64,000 bases of DNA. It comes from Tagaea sp. (lineage in GTDB: Bacteria; Pseudomonadota; Alphaproteobacteria; CACIAM-22H2). A program made the position numbers and the translations under genes. Below the pieces are notes generated by a model. That model had not been told where the DNA came from, made no database searches, and worked only from the letters and a program-made list of their open reading frames with translations. How positions within the stretch are numbered: the first letter of the stretch is position 1; every line of letters begins with the position of its first letter. The DNA is taken from NCBI GenBank assembly GCA_965279525.1, contig CBDIIB010000003.1, forward strand, positions 576,945 to 640,944, in the 5' to 3' direction. Of the stretch, positions 12,715 through 27,830 are shown piece by piece.

Positions 12715-13428
12715 CTAGGCCAGGTCGAAGACCAGCACTTCGCTCTCGGGTGCGAGACCCGTGAGCGCCAGCGCTTCGGCCTGCGACACGGCAGCCCCGT
12801 CGCCTTCCTTCAGCACGGTTCCCGCGACGTCGATGCTGCCGCGCGCGACCTGCACCCAGGCATGGCGGCCCTTGCGCAGCGTCAGCGCCGCCGACTTGCC
12901 GGCTTCGAGGATCGTCGCGTAGACCCGCGCGTCCTGGTGGATCTCGACCGAGCCTTCCGCGCCGTCCGGCGAAACGACGAGAGCAAGACGGTTGAGCTTT
13001 TCCGTCCGGTCGAAGGCACGCTGGGCATAGCGCGGCTTGTGGCCGTTGCGGTCCGGCAGCAGCCAGATCTGCAGGAAGTGGACGGGCGCATCGCCCGAGG
13101 GGTTGAACTCGGAGTGCATGATGCCGGTCCCGGCACTCATCGCCTGCACTTCGCCCGCGCGCAGCACCTCGCCGTTGCCCATCGAATCCTTGTGCTCGAT
13201 GGCGCCTTCGAGAACGTACGAGACGATCTCCATGTCGCGGTGGCCGTGCGTGTCGAAGCCGGTGCCGGCGGCCACGCGGTCCTCGTTGATGACGCGCAGC
13301 GCCCGGAAGCCCATCTGGGCCGGGTCGTAATAGCTGCCGAACGAGAAGCTGTGGCGGCTCTTGAGCCAGCCGAAATCGGCAGGCCCGCGCATCTCGGAGG
13401 GGCGGACGACGATTTTCGGGGCGGTCAT
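12715..13428 (-). CDS. Pirin family protein (YhhW-like bicupin)
   Basis: GWLKSRHSFSF, LRVINED, HGHRDMEI, MSAGTGIMHSE, LQIW. Confidence 0.92.
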   Translation of the reverse strand: MTAPKIVVRPSEMRGPADFGWLKSRHSFSFGSYYDPAQMGFRALRVINEDRVAAGTGFDTHGHRDMEIVSYVLEGAIEHKDSMGNGEVLRAGEVQAMSAGTGIMHSEFNPSGDAPVHFLQIWLLPDRNGHKPRYAQRAFDRTEKLNRLALVVSPDGAEGSVEIHQDARVYATILEAGKSAALTLRKGRHAWVQVARGSIDVAGTVLKEGDGAAVSQAEALALTGLAPESEVLVFDLA

Positions 13429-13514
13429 GGCGAGGTGTCCTTTCGGTTGGGGGATCTGATGACCGAAAAATAGGGTTGCCCGCATAGAACAACAATATAC
13501 GCAATATCGTATTT

Positions 13515-13536
13515 ATTGTTCGATAATGAGAAACAA
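13515..13536. promoter_or_regulatory. Probable LysR-type operator upstream of pirin
   Basis: ATTGTTCGATAATGAGAAACAA (TTGTT-N11-AACAA dyad); 19/22 identical to 24196-24217. Confidence 0.65.
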
Positions 13537-13622
13537 ATACCCAAAGGCCCTGTGCTGGATTTCCCGGGCGGTTCGCGATAGAACCCTGCTCCCTCCGTCG
13601 TCCCGAGAAAAGCCCGTCCGCC

Positions 13623-13952
13623 ATGGCAACCGTTATCACCGTCATCCACCTCCTCGTCGCCCTCGCTCTCGTCGGCGTCGTGCTGATCCAGCGCAGCGAA
13701 GGCGGCGGGCTCGGCATGGGCGGCAGCTCGAGCGGCGGCATGGGCGGCTTCATGACCGCGCGCGGCACGGCCAACCTGCTTACCCGGGCGACGGCCATCC
13801 TGGCGGCCGCCTTCATGGTGACGAGCATCACGCTGGCCATCCTCGCCGGCGGCCACACCACCCGCGCCGTCGACCCGCTCGCCGGGCCGATGCCCACGCT
13901 CCCGGCCGTGCCCGAAGCGCCGGCCGCACCGGCACCGCCGGTCGCGCGCTAG
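13623..13952 (+). CDS. secG: Preprotein translocase subunit SecG
   Basis: VLIQRSEGGGLG, NLLTRATAILA; two TM helices; between tpiA and pyrG. Confidence 0.95.
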   Translation: MATVITVIHLLVALALVGVVLIQRSEGGGLGMGGSSSGGMGGFMTARGTANLLTRATAILAAAFMVTSITLAILAGGHTTRAVDPLAGPMPTLPAVPEAPAAPAPPVAR

Positions 13953-14038
13953 AAAAACGCGTCCGACTCGGGGTTTATCCCGAAGTCGCGTCAATCCCGA
14001 AATTTCGTTCCGATTTGCGACCCGCGTGACGGTTCCGC

Positions 14039-15704
<1,666 letters not shown>

Positions 15705-15714
15705 GATCGGGTCC

Positions 15715-16554
15715 ATGACCCAGCCCAAGACTGTCCCGCTCGGCAATTTCGAGATTGCCAACAACAAGCCCTTCGCGCTGATCGCGGGGCCTTGCGCGCT
15801 GGAAAGCCGCGCGCATGCGATGGAGATGAGCCACGCGCTCGTCGAGCTGACGGGCAAGCTCGGTATCCCGCTCATCTACAAGACGAGCTTCGACAAGGCG
15901 AACCGCTCGTCCGTCGCGTCCGACCGTGGCATCGGCATGGAGAAGAGCCTGCCGATCCTCGCCGACATCCGCGAGAAATACGGCTGCCCGGTACTGACCG
16001 ACGTGCACGATGCCTTGCAGTGCGCGCCCGTCGCCGAAGCGGTCGACGTGCTCCAGATTCCGGCGTTCCTATGCCGGCAGACCGACCTGCTGCTTGCCGC
16101 CGGTGCCACGGGCCGTGCCATCAACGTCAAGAAGGGCCAGTTCCTCGCACCCTGGGACATGAAGCACGTCGTCGCGAAGATCGCGAGCACGGGCAACGAG
16201 AAGATCCTGCAGTGCGAGCGCGGCGTGACGTTCGGCTACAACACGCTGGTGTCCGACATGCGGTCGCTGCCGATCATGGCGGAGAACGGCTATCCCGTCG
16301 TGTTCGACGCCACGCATTCGGTCCAGCAGCCGGGCGGGCAGGGGACTACATCGGGCGGCCAGCGCGAGTTCGTGCCCGTGCTGGCGCGTGCGGCCATCGC
16401 CATCGGTGTCGCCGTCGTGTTCATGGAAACGCACCAGGACCCGGACAAGGCGCCGTCCGACGGGCCGAACATGGTGCCGTTCAAGCAGCTTGGCGCCATC
16501 CTTTCGGAACTCAAGGAATACGACGCGATCGCCAAGCGGCGCGCGAACGCCTAG
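15715..16554 (+). CDS. kdsA: KDO 8-phosphate synthase
   Basis: [41 protein letters not shown]. Confidence 0.97.
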   Translation: MTQPKTVPLGNFEIANNKPFALIAGPCALESRAHAMEMSHALVELTGKLGIPLIYKTSFDKANRSSVASDRGIGMEKSLPILADIREKYGCPVLTDVHDALQCAPVAEAVDVLQIPAFLCRQTDLLLAAGATGRAINVKKGQFLAPWDMKHVVAKIASTGNEKILQCERGVTFGYNTLVSDMRSLPIMAENGYPVVFDATHSVQQPGGQGTTSGGQREFVPVLARAAIAIGVAVVFMETHQDPDKAPSDGPNMVPFKQLGAILSELKEYDAIAKRRANA

Positions 16555-16796
16555 CGTTTCTTTTTCAGCATCGCCTTGAATTTCCGGTCGCGTTTCAGCG
16601 CCCGCTCGCGCTTCAGCGCTTCGCTCACGCTGTCGAACGCCTCGACATGGACGAGCTTCCACGGGCCCCGCCCGCGCGTGAACTTCGCCCCGCCCGGCTT
16701 CTCGCCGTTGTGCTGCGCCAGACGCCGTTCGACGTCGGTCGTCTGGCCGGTATAGACCGTGCCGCTTGCGTTCAGGATCGCGTAGACGAAGCGCAT
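16551..16796 (-). CDS. Stand-alone GIY-YIG nuclease family protein (YhbQ/UPF0213-like)
   Basis: FVYAI...[15 protein letters not shown]...GAKFTR...ALKRE. Confidence 0.85.
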   Translation of the reverse strand: MRFVYAILNASGTVYTGQTTDVERRLAQHNGEKPGGAKFTRGRGPWKLVHVEAFDSVSEALKRERALKRDRKFKAMLKKKR

Positions 16797-16841
16797 GCCG
16801 TCATACTAACGTCGTCCCCAACGAAAATAGGGGAGAGAAAC

Positions 16842-17548
16842 ATGGCCGAAGCCTTCACCGCGCGCGATCTTGCCAAGCTCGCGGATTACGACACGCCGAC
16901 GATGTGCAACGCGCTGGAAGTGCTCGATCCGCGCTGGCGCACGTCCGGTTTCACGACGCGCCCGATGTATTGCCGCTATCCCGATCAGAAGCCGATCGTG
17001 GGTTATGCGCGCACGGTGCGCATCGCGTCGACCGAGCCCAACAAGCTGCAGGGGCAGGCCGCCAAGAAGGCGAAGCTCGAATATTACCAGTACATCGAGA
17101 CCGGCGGCCCGCGTCCGTCGGTGTGCGTGCTGCAGGATCTCGACGGCGACCGTGCGGGCTTCGGCGCCTATTGGGGCGAGGTGCAGTCGAACATCCACAA
17201 GGGTCTGGGCTGCCTTGGCTGCGTGACCGACGGATCGATCCGCGACACGCATGTCTGGGCCGACGGCTTCCAGGCGCTGTCGGGTTCGGTCGTGCCGGCG
17301 CATGCGTGGGTCCACGCCGTCGATTTCGGCGGCGAAGCCAGCGTCTTCGGCATGCGCGTCAAGTCGGGCGACATCATCCATGCCGACCGCCACGGTGCCG
17401 TGATCGTGCCGCCGGAAACGGTCAAGGCGCTGCCGGCGATGATCGACAAGCTGGTGCGCCGCGAGATGGTGATCATCGGTGCGGCGAAGAAGAAGGGCTT
17501 CACGGCTTCCAAGCTCGCCAAGGCGATCGCCGAGTCCGAGGATATCCA

Positions 17549-17552
<4 letters not shown>
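16842..17552 (+). CDS. RraA / HMG aldolase family protein
   Basis: DTPTMCNALE, VGYART, WGEV, TDGSIRD, GDIIHADRHG; GGGGAG upstream. Confidence 0.85.
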
Positions 17553-20427
<2,875 letters not shown>

Positions 20428-20439
20428 CTTGAAAAAAGT

Positions 20440-20542
20440 GAATCGTTTGAATCGCTTGCGGGGAACTCGTTAACGAGCAGTTGACGGCCCGAGTCGCGGC
20501 GTGATTCTCTTCGAGTCGCGATGTCATTTCTCCTGTTGATTC
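20440..20542. promoter_or_regulatory. ftsB promoter region with six GANTC sites and a CtrA-like box
   Basis: GANTC at 20440, 20449, 20491, 20503, 20513, 20538; TTAA-N7-TTGAC at 20470-20485. Confidence 0.6.
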
Positions 20543-20847
20543 AACGCAGTGCGCGCGCCGCTCTGGGTCCGGTCCTGGGCTTCTGCGTCGTCGGCTATTT
20601 TGCCTACCACTCGTTCGAGGGCGAGCGGGGGCTCTATGCCTATCTGCGCCTGACCGAACAGGTACGTATCGCGCGCGAGCATCGCGACGACATTCGCGCG
20701 GACCGCATCACGCTCGAGCGGCGGGTCGCGTTGCTGCGCACGGACTCGCTCGACCGCGATATGCTCGACGAGCAATCGCGAGCTCTCCTCAATTATGCGC
20801 GGCCCGACGAAGTCATCATCCTTGAAGCGCCCGGCAACCGCCGGTAA
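20521..20847 (+). CDS. ftsB: Septum formation initiator FtsB/DivIC
   Basis: YFAYH..GERGL, coiled coil, LDRDMLDEQSR..LNY; directly after eno. Confidence 0.9.
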   Translation: MSFLLLIQRSARAALGPVLGFCVVGYFAYHSFEGERGLYAYLRLTEQVRIAREHRDDIRADRITLERRVALLRTDSLDRDMLDEQSRALLNYARPDEVIILEAPGNRR

Positions 20848-20978
20848 TTAAAATTTTCGATAATTGCTCGCCCGACGCGCCGCTATCGTCGGTGAAGGTT
20901 CCGCACTACAATTTCAAGTGATGTGTAAAATTTGGCTAAATACGTCGCGACTCACGCGACAAGGCGCCGTCGCGGGCA

Positions 20979-22703
20979 ATGCCTGAAACGGACGCTCCGC
21001 GGGACACCGGTCTGCGTCGCATGGCCATTCCAAGTGGCGTCGTGCTTGCCATCGGCCTTCTTCTGCTCGTCGTATTCGCAATGACGACGATCCAGTTCGA
21101 CAAGCGTCGCGTTCTCGATGCCGCGACGACGCGCGCCGCGGCACTTACGGAAATCGCAGCAGCACATGTCGAACAGGTCCTGTTGACGATCGATTTCAGC
21201 ATCCGGGCACTCGACAGCGACCTGCGTTCGCCCGACAGCGTCGAACTCGCGGACCCTTCGGTTCTCCGCCAGCGGATGCGCCTGATCCAGGCGGGATCGC
21301 GCGCACTACTCGGCATCGGCTTTATCGACGAGAAAGGAACACTCGTCGCCGGCTCGGCGCCGCAGGTTTCAGGGCCAGTGGATCTCAGCGAACGGCCGTT
21401 TTTCCGGACGCTCCGGTGGGGTACTTCGCGCGACACCGTGATCAGCCCCCCATCCAGGGCATCGACAACCGGCGAAATCACCGTGCCGGTCTCGCGGGCG
21501 ATCCGGGACGCAGAGGGCAACTTCATCGGAGTTGTCTCGGGCCGTCTCGACCCGACCTATTTCCAGCACTTTTTCCGCTCGCTCGGTGCGGATGCGGTCG
21601 CGATCGCCCTGCTCGACGGGACGATCATCGCGCATCAACCGGAGATCGGCCTGCTGTCGGCGCCAAAGCTGTCTATTCCGGAAATGGGGACGAGAATCGG
21701 AGCATTGCGCGCCCCGTCGTTCGCCCGGTCGTCGGTCGACGGCGTCGAGCGTCTGGTCGCCACGCACCGTATCGCCATCATCCCTGTCGTCGTCGAAGTC
21801 GCGTTCGACCGCAACCGGCTGCTTGCCGAATGGGCGGGCCGGCGCAATGCCATTGTCGGGGCAACGGTCGTCATCGCGATCCTCGGTGCAGCACTCGTCG
21901 AACTTGCGCGGCGGCGCACGCGCGATTTTTCGGCGAAACTGCGCGCTGAAGCACAGACGGCTGTGGAGGCCGAGACCCGCGAGGCGGCCGTCGAGGCAAG
22001 CCGGCGCAAGTCGGAATTCCTTGCCCACATGAGCCACGAGATCCGGACGCCTCTCAACGCAATCATCGGCTTCTCGCAGATGATCAGCGGGCAGATGCTG
22101 GGGCCGGTCGGGCAGCCGCGCTATCGCGACTATGCGGCCGACATCCTGTACAGCGCCGAACATCTGCTTTCTGTCGTCAACAACGTCCTCGACCTGTCGA
22201 AGGTGGAGGCCGGAAAGTGGATCATCGACGCCGCCGACGTGCCGGTCGGCGAACTGCTCGAGGCGACGTGCCGTCTGGCGGAAGGGCGCGCGGCGCACGA
22301 GAAGGTCCGCATCGACCTGCGCCCGGCGCCTAGCCTGGTGATATTCGGCGACCGGCGCACGCTCGTGCAGATCCTGCTAAACCTCACCATCAACGCGATC
22401 AAGTTCGCCGGCGACGACCGCAGCGTGACCGTCGCATGCGTGTCGACCGCGGACGGCGGCGTGGACTTCACCGTCGCCGACCGCGGGATCGGCATGACGC
22501 CGGAGGACATATCGCGCGCGTTGCGCCCGTTCGAGACCGCTTCAAGCGTCCAGGCGCGCCGGCGCCAGGACACGGGCCTCGGCTTGCCGCTGGCGCGGGT
22601 GTTCGCCGAACTGCACGATGGCAGCCTGACGCTCGAAAGCGCCCCCGAGCGCGGCACGACCGCGCGGCTCCATCTTCCGGCCGCGCGGGTGCGTCCGCTC
22701 TAG
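20979..22703 (+). CDS. Membrane sensor histidine kinase (TM-Cache-TM-HisKA-HATPase), PleC/DivJ-like
   Basis: DLSERPFF Cache motif; FLAHMSHEIRTPLNAIIGFS; NAIKF; DRGIG; TGLGL. Confidence 0.88.
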   Translation: MPETDAPRDTGLRRMAIPSGVVLAIGLLLLVVFAMTTIQFDKRRVLDAATTRAAALTEIAAAHVEQVLLTIDFSIRALDSDLRSPDSVELADPSVLRQRMRLIQAGSRALLGIGFIDEKGTLVAGSAPQVSGPVDLSERPFFRTLRWGTSRDTVISPPSRASTTGEITVPVSRAIRDAEGNFIGVVSGRLDPTYFQHFFRSLGADAVAIALLDGTIIAHQPEIGLLSAPKLSIPEMGTRIGALRAPSFARSSVDGVERLVATHRIAIIPVVVEVAFDRNRLLAEWAGRRNAIVGATVVIAILGAALVELARRRTRDFSAKLRAEAQTAVEAETREAAVEASRRKSEFLAHMSHEIRTPLNAIIGFSQMISGQMLGPVGQPRYRDYAADILYSAEHLLSVVNNVLDLSKVEAGKWIIDAADVPVGELLEATCRLAEGRAAHEKVRIDLRPAPSLVIFGDRRTLVQILLNLTINAIKFAGDDRSVTVACVSTADGGVDFTVADRGIGMTPEDISRALRPFETASSVQARRRQDTGLGLPLARVFAELHDGSLTLESAPERGTTARLHLPAARVRPL

Positions 22704-23545
22704 ACGTCGGCGATGGTGCGCTGGGTCTGCACCCCGAGGCCCTGGATGCCGAGCTTCATCGTCTGCCCGGCCTTCAGGAACAGCGGCGGCTTCTGGCCCA
22801 ACCCTACGCCCGGCGGCGTGCCGGTCGAGATCACGTCGCCCGGATGCAGCGTGAAGAACTGCGAGAGATACGCGATCAGGAACTTGACGCCGTAGACCAT
22901 CGTCTTCGTGCTGCCGTCCTGGTAGCGCTTGCCGTCGACCTCGAGCCACATCGAAAGGTTCTGCGGGTCCGGCACCTCGTCCTTGGTGACGAGCCACGGG
23001 CCGGTGGGGCCGAACGTGTCGCAGCCCTTGCCCTTCGACCACTGGCCGGCGCGTTCGATCTGGAATTCGCGCTCCGACACGTCGTTGATGACGCAGTAGC
23101 CCGCGACATGGTCGAGGGCGTTCTTCTCGTCGACATACTTGGCGGCCTTGCCGATGACAACGCCGAGCTCGACTTCCCAGTCCGTCTTGACCGACTTGCG
23201 CGGGATGATGACCGCGTCGTCCGGTCCGACGACGGCGCTGGTCGCCTTCATGAACAGGACGGGCTCGGGCGGCACCGTGGCGCCAGTCTCGGCGGCATGG
23301 TCGGAATAATTGAGGCCGATGCAGATGAACTTGCCGATACCCGAAACGCAGGGTCCGATGCGCGGCGTGCCCGCGACGAGCGGCAGCGTGGCCGGGTCGA
23401 TCTTGGCAAGTCGCGCGAGACCCTCGGGCGAGATCGTGGCGCCGGCGATGTCGTGACAGACCTGCGACAGGTCGCGGATCTTGCCCTGGGCATCGAGGAT
23501 GCCGGGCTTCTCGTGGCCCGGCGGGCCGTAACGCAGCAGTTTCAT
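22700..23545 (-). CDS. Fumarylacetoacetate hydrolase family protein
   Basis: CIGLNY, DWEVELG, NDVSER, KGCDTFGP, GDVISTGTP. Confidence 0.93.
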   Translation of the reverse strand: MKLLRYGPPGHEKPGILDAQGKIRDLSQVCHDIAGATISPEGLARLAKIDPATLPLVAGTPRIGPCVSGIGKFICIGLNYSDHAAETGATVPPEPVLFMKATSAVVGPDDAVIIPRKSVKTDWEVELGVVIGKAAKYVDEKNALDHVAGYCVINDVSEREFQIERAGQWSKGKGCDTFGPTGPWLVTKDEVPDPQNLSMWLEVDGKRYQDGSTKTMVYGVKFLIAYLSQFFTLHPGDVISTGTPPGVGLGQKPPLFLKAGQTMKLGIQGLGVQTQRTIADV

Positions 23546-23605
23546 CGTGGGAGTCTCCCGCTTGGTGTTTTTGTCAGCGGGGTGAACTTAGCATTCCGAG
23601 TGCAA

Positions 23606-23643
23606 AAAATGGAAACGGCCGGCGCATCGAATGCGCCGGCCGT
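23606..23643 (-). terminator. Intrinsic terminator after doxX
   Basis: 13-bp perfect stem ACGGCCGGCGCAT / ATGCGCCGGCCGT (23615-23643), followed on the minus strand by TTCCATTTTT. Confidence 0.75.
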
Positions 23644-23658
23644 CCGATATGCGGTCGA

Positions 23659-24090
23659 TCAGGCGGCGGCCGACTTCGGCGCACCGATCTCCGGCAGGAA
23701 GGGCAGCTTCAGCGCGTAGGAACCCGCACCGAGAAGTGCCTGCACCGCGAGCGTCACCGTCCAGAAAGCCGGGAATTCCCAGCCGCCGTTCGGGTTTCCG
23801 AACATCCAGCCGTTCGGCAGGTGCTGGATGGTGGCGCCGATCAGGATCGGGATCAGGCCGACCGCGACGAGCCGGACCTGCACGCCGAGGATCAGTGCCA
23901 GGCCGCCGAAGAGTTCGGCATAGACGGTGAGATACGCGAACAGGGCGGGATAGCCGATCGATTCGAAGAACTGCACCGTACCGGGCATCGTGAAGACGAA
24001 AAGCTTGAGGCCGGCGTGGGCAAGGAACAAGGCGCCCAGCGACACGCGAAGCAGCAAGGCGGCGGTCTGGATCTGGTTGGTGGCGGACAT
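23659..24090 (-). CDS. DoxX family membrane protein
   Basis: LLRVSLG.LFLAH..LK, AELFGG, GGWEFP, GAGSYAL; start MSATNQ. Confidence 0.9.
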   Translation of the reverse strand: MSATNQIQTAALLLRVSLGALFLAHAGLKLFVFTMPGTVQFFESIGYPALFAYLTVYAELFGGLALILGVQVRLVAVGLIPILIGATIQHLPNGWMFGNPNGGWEFPAFWTVTLAVQALLGAGSYALKLPFLPEIGAPKSAAA

Positions 24091-24195
24091 TTTCGGACTC
24101 CGGAGTTTCGGGTCGGGCGGGGGAATTCCCGCGTCGAAGACATCCGGAAGATGAGGCATCTCGAGGAAATTGATAATCTGGATAGTTATGAAATA

Positions 24196-24217
24196 ATTGT
24201 TCGTTAATCAGAAACTA
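24196..24217. promoter_or_regulatory. Probable LysR-type operator upstream of doxX
   Basis: ATTGTTCGTTAATCAGAAACTA; 19/22 identical to 13515-13536; overlaps the lysR stop codon. Confidence 0.65.
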
Positions 24218-25159
24218 TCGGCGACGCGCGGATTTCGCGCGTCCGGCATTTTCCCACGCGTCCCACGACGGTTCGGCGAAGCGCTTGGTCAGGAAATCGA
24301 CGAAGCGGCGGACCTTGGCCGACAGGTGGCGGGTTGGCGGATAGACGGCGGAAATGGCGATCTCTTCGGGACGCCAGTCGCCGCCAAACAGCGGCACGAG
24401 CTTGCCGGCGGCCAGAACGGGACCGATCAGGAATGTCGGAAGCGAAACCACGCCGCGCCCGGCGATTGCAGCGGCCAGAAGGACTTCGCCGTTGTTGGCC
24501 TTGAGCGGCCCAGCCGCGCGCACGACGCGCGTCTCGCCGCCGGGGCCGACGAACGCCCAGTCCGAGCCGCGGCTGGACAGCGTGTATTCGAGGCAGTCGT
24601 GCTTGACGAGGTCCTCGGGCAGTTTGGGCGTGCCCTTTCGCGCGAGATAGGCAGGCGACGCGGCGACGGCAAAGCGCGCGGTCGCCAGCCGCTTGGCGAC
24701 CAGCGAGGAGTCCGCAAGCCTGCCGATGCGCACCGCTACGTCCACGCCCTCGTCGATCAGGTCGACGACACGGTCGTTGAGCGAAAGGTCGATCGCCATC
24801 TCCGGGCACTCGCACATGAAGTCGGCGATCGCCGGCGACAGGTGCTGCACGCCGAACGACATCGGAGCCGCGACGCGCAGCAGGCCCTTGGGCAGCGCCT
24901 GCGCATCGCCGACGGCACCTTCGGCTTCTTCCAGATCGGCAAGGATGCGTTCGGCGCGCGCGTGGAAGGCGCGACCGGCTTCGGTCAACGCCAGGCGGCG
25001 CGTGGTGCGGTTGAGCAGGCGGGCCCCCAGCCGCTCCTCGAGCGTCTGGATATGCTTGGTCGCCATTGCGCGCGATAGGCCCAGCTTGCGCGCGGCATTG
25101 GCGAAGGATCCGCCGTTGACGACGGCGACGAACGTGCGGAGGGAAACGAACCGGTCCAT
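24215..25159 (-). CDS. LysR-family regulator (CrgA/DmlR-like)
   Basis: GSFANAARKL, LEERLGARLLNRTTRRLALTEAG, DLIDEGVDVAVRIG; start MDRFVSL. Confidence 0.93.
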   Translation of the reverse strand: MDRFVSLRTFVAVVNGGSFANAARKLGLSRAMATKHIQTLEERLGARLLNRTTRRLALTEAGRAFHARAERILADLEEAEGAVGDAQALPKGLLRVAAPMSFGVQHLSPAIADFMCECPEMAIDLSLNDRVVDLIDEGVDVAVRIGRLADSSLVAKRLATARFAVAASPAYLARKGTPKLPEDLVKHDCLEYTLSSRGSDWAFVGPGGETRVVRAAGPLKANNGEVLLAAAIAGRGVVSLPTFLIGPVLAAGKLVPLFGGDWRPEEIAISAVYPPTRHLSAKVRRFVDFLTKRFAEPSWDAWENAGRAKSARRR

Positions 25160-25432
25160 GGTCCGGCGAGTGTAGCGGCCCGAGCGAGCTTTTGCGTTTG
25201 CGAAGACGGTCCCGCGCGGATTCAAATGCAGCAGGACCGGGCATGCACCGCCGGAATGCGGAAATTGCTATACGAAATAATGTTGCGTTGCGATAGATTA
25301 ACTGAAAATCAGTTAAAACAAATTTTTATGTTATATAACAATCAAGTAAATTAGACGCTGGATTGCAAAACTGGCCGTCCGGTGCTTTAGCTCAAGGTAA
25401 TTGCGCAACCGAGCGTATCCGAGGGAGTGAAC

Positions 25433-26443
25433 ATGGCACCCACACCGCCGAAAAAGAAATCCCGCTCCGAAGAGAACGTGCCCGAAGCGGCGGACCTCCT
25501 GAAATACTATCGCGACATGCTGCTGATCCGCCGCTTCGAGGAGAAGGCGGGGCAGATGTATGGCATGGGTCTGATCGGCGGCTTCTGCCATCTCTATATC
25601 GGCCAGGAGGCGGTCGTCGTCGGCATGCAGTCGGCGATCACGCCCAAGGACGCGGTCATCACCAGCTATCGCGACCACGGCCACATGCTCGCCTGTGGCA
25701 TGGAGCCAGGCGGCGTGATGGCGGAACTGACGGGACGCATCGGCGGCTATTCCAAGGGGAAAGGCGGCTCGATGCACATGTTCTCCAAGGAAAAGAACTT
25801 CTACGGCGGCCACGGCATCGTCGGCGCGCAAGTGCCGCTCGGGACGGGCATCGCGTTCGCGTCGAAATATCGCGGCGAGACGAACGTGAGCCTCACCTAC
25901 ATGGGCGACGGTGCGGTCAACCAGGGCCAGGTCTACGAGAGCTTCAACATGGCGCAGCTCTGGAAGCTGCCCGTGATCTTCATCATCGAGAACAACCGCT
26001 ACGGCATGGGCACGTCGATCGAGCGCGCGTCCTCGACGACCGATTTCTACCATCGCGGTGCCGCTCACGGCATTCCCGGCGAGGCGGTCGACGGCATGAA
26101 CGTGCTGGCGGTGCGTGCTGCCGGCATCCGTGCGGTCGACCACGCGCGCACGAAAGGCCCCTACATCCTCGAGATGCAGACCTATCGCTATCGCGGCCAC
26201 TCGATGTCCGATCCGGCGAAGTACCGCCAGAAGGAAGAGGTCGAGAAGATGCGCACGCAGCACGACCCGATCGAGAGCCACGCGAAGTTCCTGATCGACG
26301 GCGGCTTTACCGACGAGGCGGCGCTCAAGAACATCGACCGCGAGGTGAAGGACATCGCCACCAAGGCGGCGGAATTCGCCCAGAACAGTCCCGAGCCGCC
26401 GGTGTCGGAGCTTTACACCGACGTGCTGCTCGAAGTGCGCTGA
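25433..26443 (+). CDS. pdhA: Pyruvate dehydrogenase E1 alpha
   Basis: [21 protein letters not shown]...ENN TPP motif, [11 protein letters not shown]. Confidence 0.97.
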   Translation: MAPTPPKKKSRSEENVPEAADLLKYYRDMLLIRRFEEKAGQMYGMGLIGGFCHLYIGQEAVVVGMQSAITPKDAVITSYRDHGHMLACGMEPGGVMAELTGRIGGYSKGKGGSMHMFSKEKNFYGGHGIVGAQVPLGTGIAFASKYRGETNVSLTYMGDGAVNQGQVYESFNMAQLWKLPVIFIIENNRYGMGTSIERASSTTDFYHRGAAHGIPGEAVDGMNVLAVRAAGIRAVDHARTKGPYILEMQTYRYRGHSMSDPAKYRQKEEVEKMRTQHDPIESHAKFLIDGGFTDEAALKNIDREVKDIATKAAEFAQNSPEPPVSELYTDVLLEVR

Positions 26444-26468
26444 TCCAGCGGGAACGGGGAATACGAAA

Positions 26469-27830
26469 ATGCCGATCAATGTTCTGATGCCCGCCCTTTC
26501 GCCGACGATGACCGAAGGCAAGATCGCCCGCTGGCTGAAGGCCGAGGGCGACACGGTCAAGTCCGGCCAGGTGCTGTGCGAGATCGAGACTGACAAGGCG
26601 ACCATGGAGGTCGAGGCGGTCGACGAAGGTACGCTTGCGAGGATCGTCGTCCCCGGCGGGACCGAGGGCGTGAAGGTCAACGCCGTCATCGCGGTCATCG
26701 CCGCCGAAGGCGAGAGCGTGTCGGCGAGTGCGGCCGCACCGGCCGCCGCCGCAGCACCCGTTGCGGCCGCAGCCGCACCGGTCGCACCGGCCATCGTCAC
26801 GTCGGCCGCAGCCGCACCGGCGGCCGACGAGCCCGACATGGGCGAGACCAAGGTCCAGACCGTCCGCGAGGCGATCCGCGACGGCATGGCCGAGGAGATG
26901 CGTCGCGACCCGAACGTCTATCTGATGGGCGAGGAAGTGGCCGAGTACCAGGGCGCCTACAAGGTCAGCCAGGGGCTGCTGCAGGAATTCGGCGCGCGCC
27001 GCGTGGTCGACACGCCGATCACCGAACAGGGTTTCGCCGGCCTCGCGGTCGGTGCCGGCTTCATGGGCCTGCGCCCCATCGTCGAGTTCATGACGTGGAA
27101 CTTCTCGATGCAGGCGATCGACCAGATCATCAACTCGGCGGCCAAGACGCTCTACATGTCGGGTGGCCAGATGGGCTGCCCGATCGTCTTCCGCGGCCCC
27201 AACGGTGCGGCGAGCCGCGTGGGTGCGCAGCACTCGCAGTGCTACGCGTCGTGGTACGCGCACTGCCCGGGCCTCAAGGTCGTGAGCCCCTGGTCGCCGG
27301 CGGACGCCAAGGGCCTGATGAAGGCGGCGATCCGCGATCCCAACCCGGTGCTGATCCTCGAGAACGAGATCCTGTACGGCACGTCCGGCCCGGTGCCCGT
27401 GTCGGCCGACTATGTCGTGCCGATCGGCAAGGCCAAGGTCGTGCGCGCCGGCAAGGACGTGACGATCACCGCCTTCTCGATCATGGTCGGCAAGGCGATG
27501 CAGGCGGCCGAGGAGCTGGCGAAGATCGGCATCGATGCCGAAGTCATCGACCTGCGCTCGATCCGTCCGCTCGATATCGACACGATCGTCGCGTCGGTCA
27601 AGAAGACCAACCGTCTCGTTTCCTGCGAGGAAGGCTGGCCGTTCGCCGGCATCGGATCGGAACTCGGCATGCTGATGATGGAGCAGTGTTTCGATTGGCT
27701 CGACGCACCGGTCAAGCGCGTGCACGGCCTCGACATCCCGCTGCCCTATGCGGCCAATCTCGAGAAGCTGGCGTTGCCGCAGACCGACCACATCGTGAGC
27801 GCGGCCAAGGCCGTGCTCTACAAGAACTGA
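26469..27830 (+). CDS. pdhB: Pyruvate dehydrogenase E1 beta with N-terminal lipoyl domain
   Basis: EIETDKA lipoyl site, [35 protein letters not shown]. Confidence 0.97.
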   Translation: MPINVLMPALSPTMTEGKIARWLKAEGDTVKSGQVLCEIETDKATMEVEAVDEGTLARIVVPGGTEGVKVNAVIAVIAAEGESVSASAAAPAAAAAPVAAAAAPVAPAIVTSAAAAPAADEPDMGETKVQTVREAIRDGMAEEMRRDPNVYLMGEEVAEYQGAYKVSQGLLQEFGARRVVDTPITEQGFAGLAVGAGFMGLRPIVEFMTWNFSMQAIDQIINSAAKTLYMSGGQMGCPIVFRGPNGAASRVGAQHSQCYASWYAHCPGLKVVSPWSPADAKGLMKAAIRDPNPVLILENEILYGTSGPVPVSADYVVPIGKAKVVRAGKDVTITAFSIMVGKAMQAAEELAKIGIDAEVIDLRSIRPLDIDTIVASVKKTNRLVSCEEGWPFAGIGSELGMLMMEQCFDWLDAPVKRVHGLDIPLPYAANLEKLALPQTDHIVSAAKAVLYKN

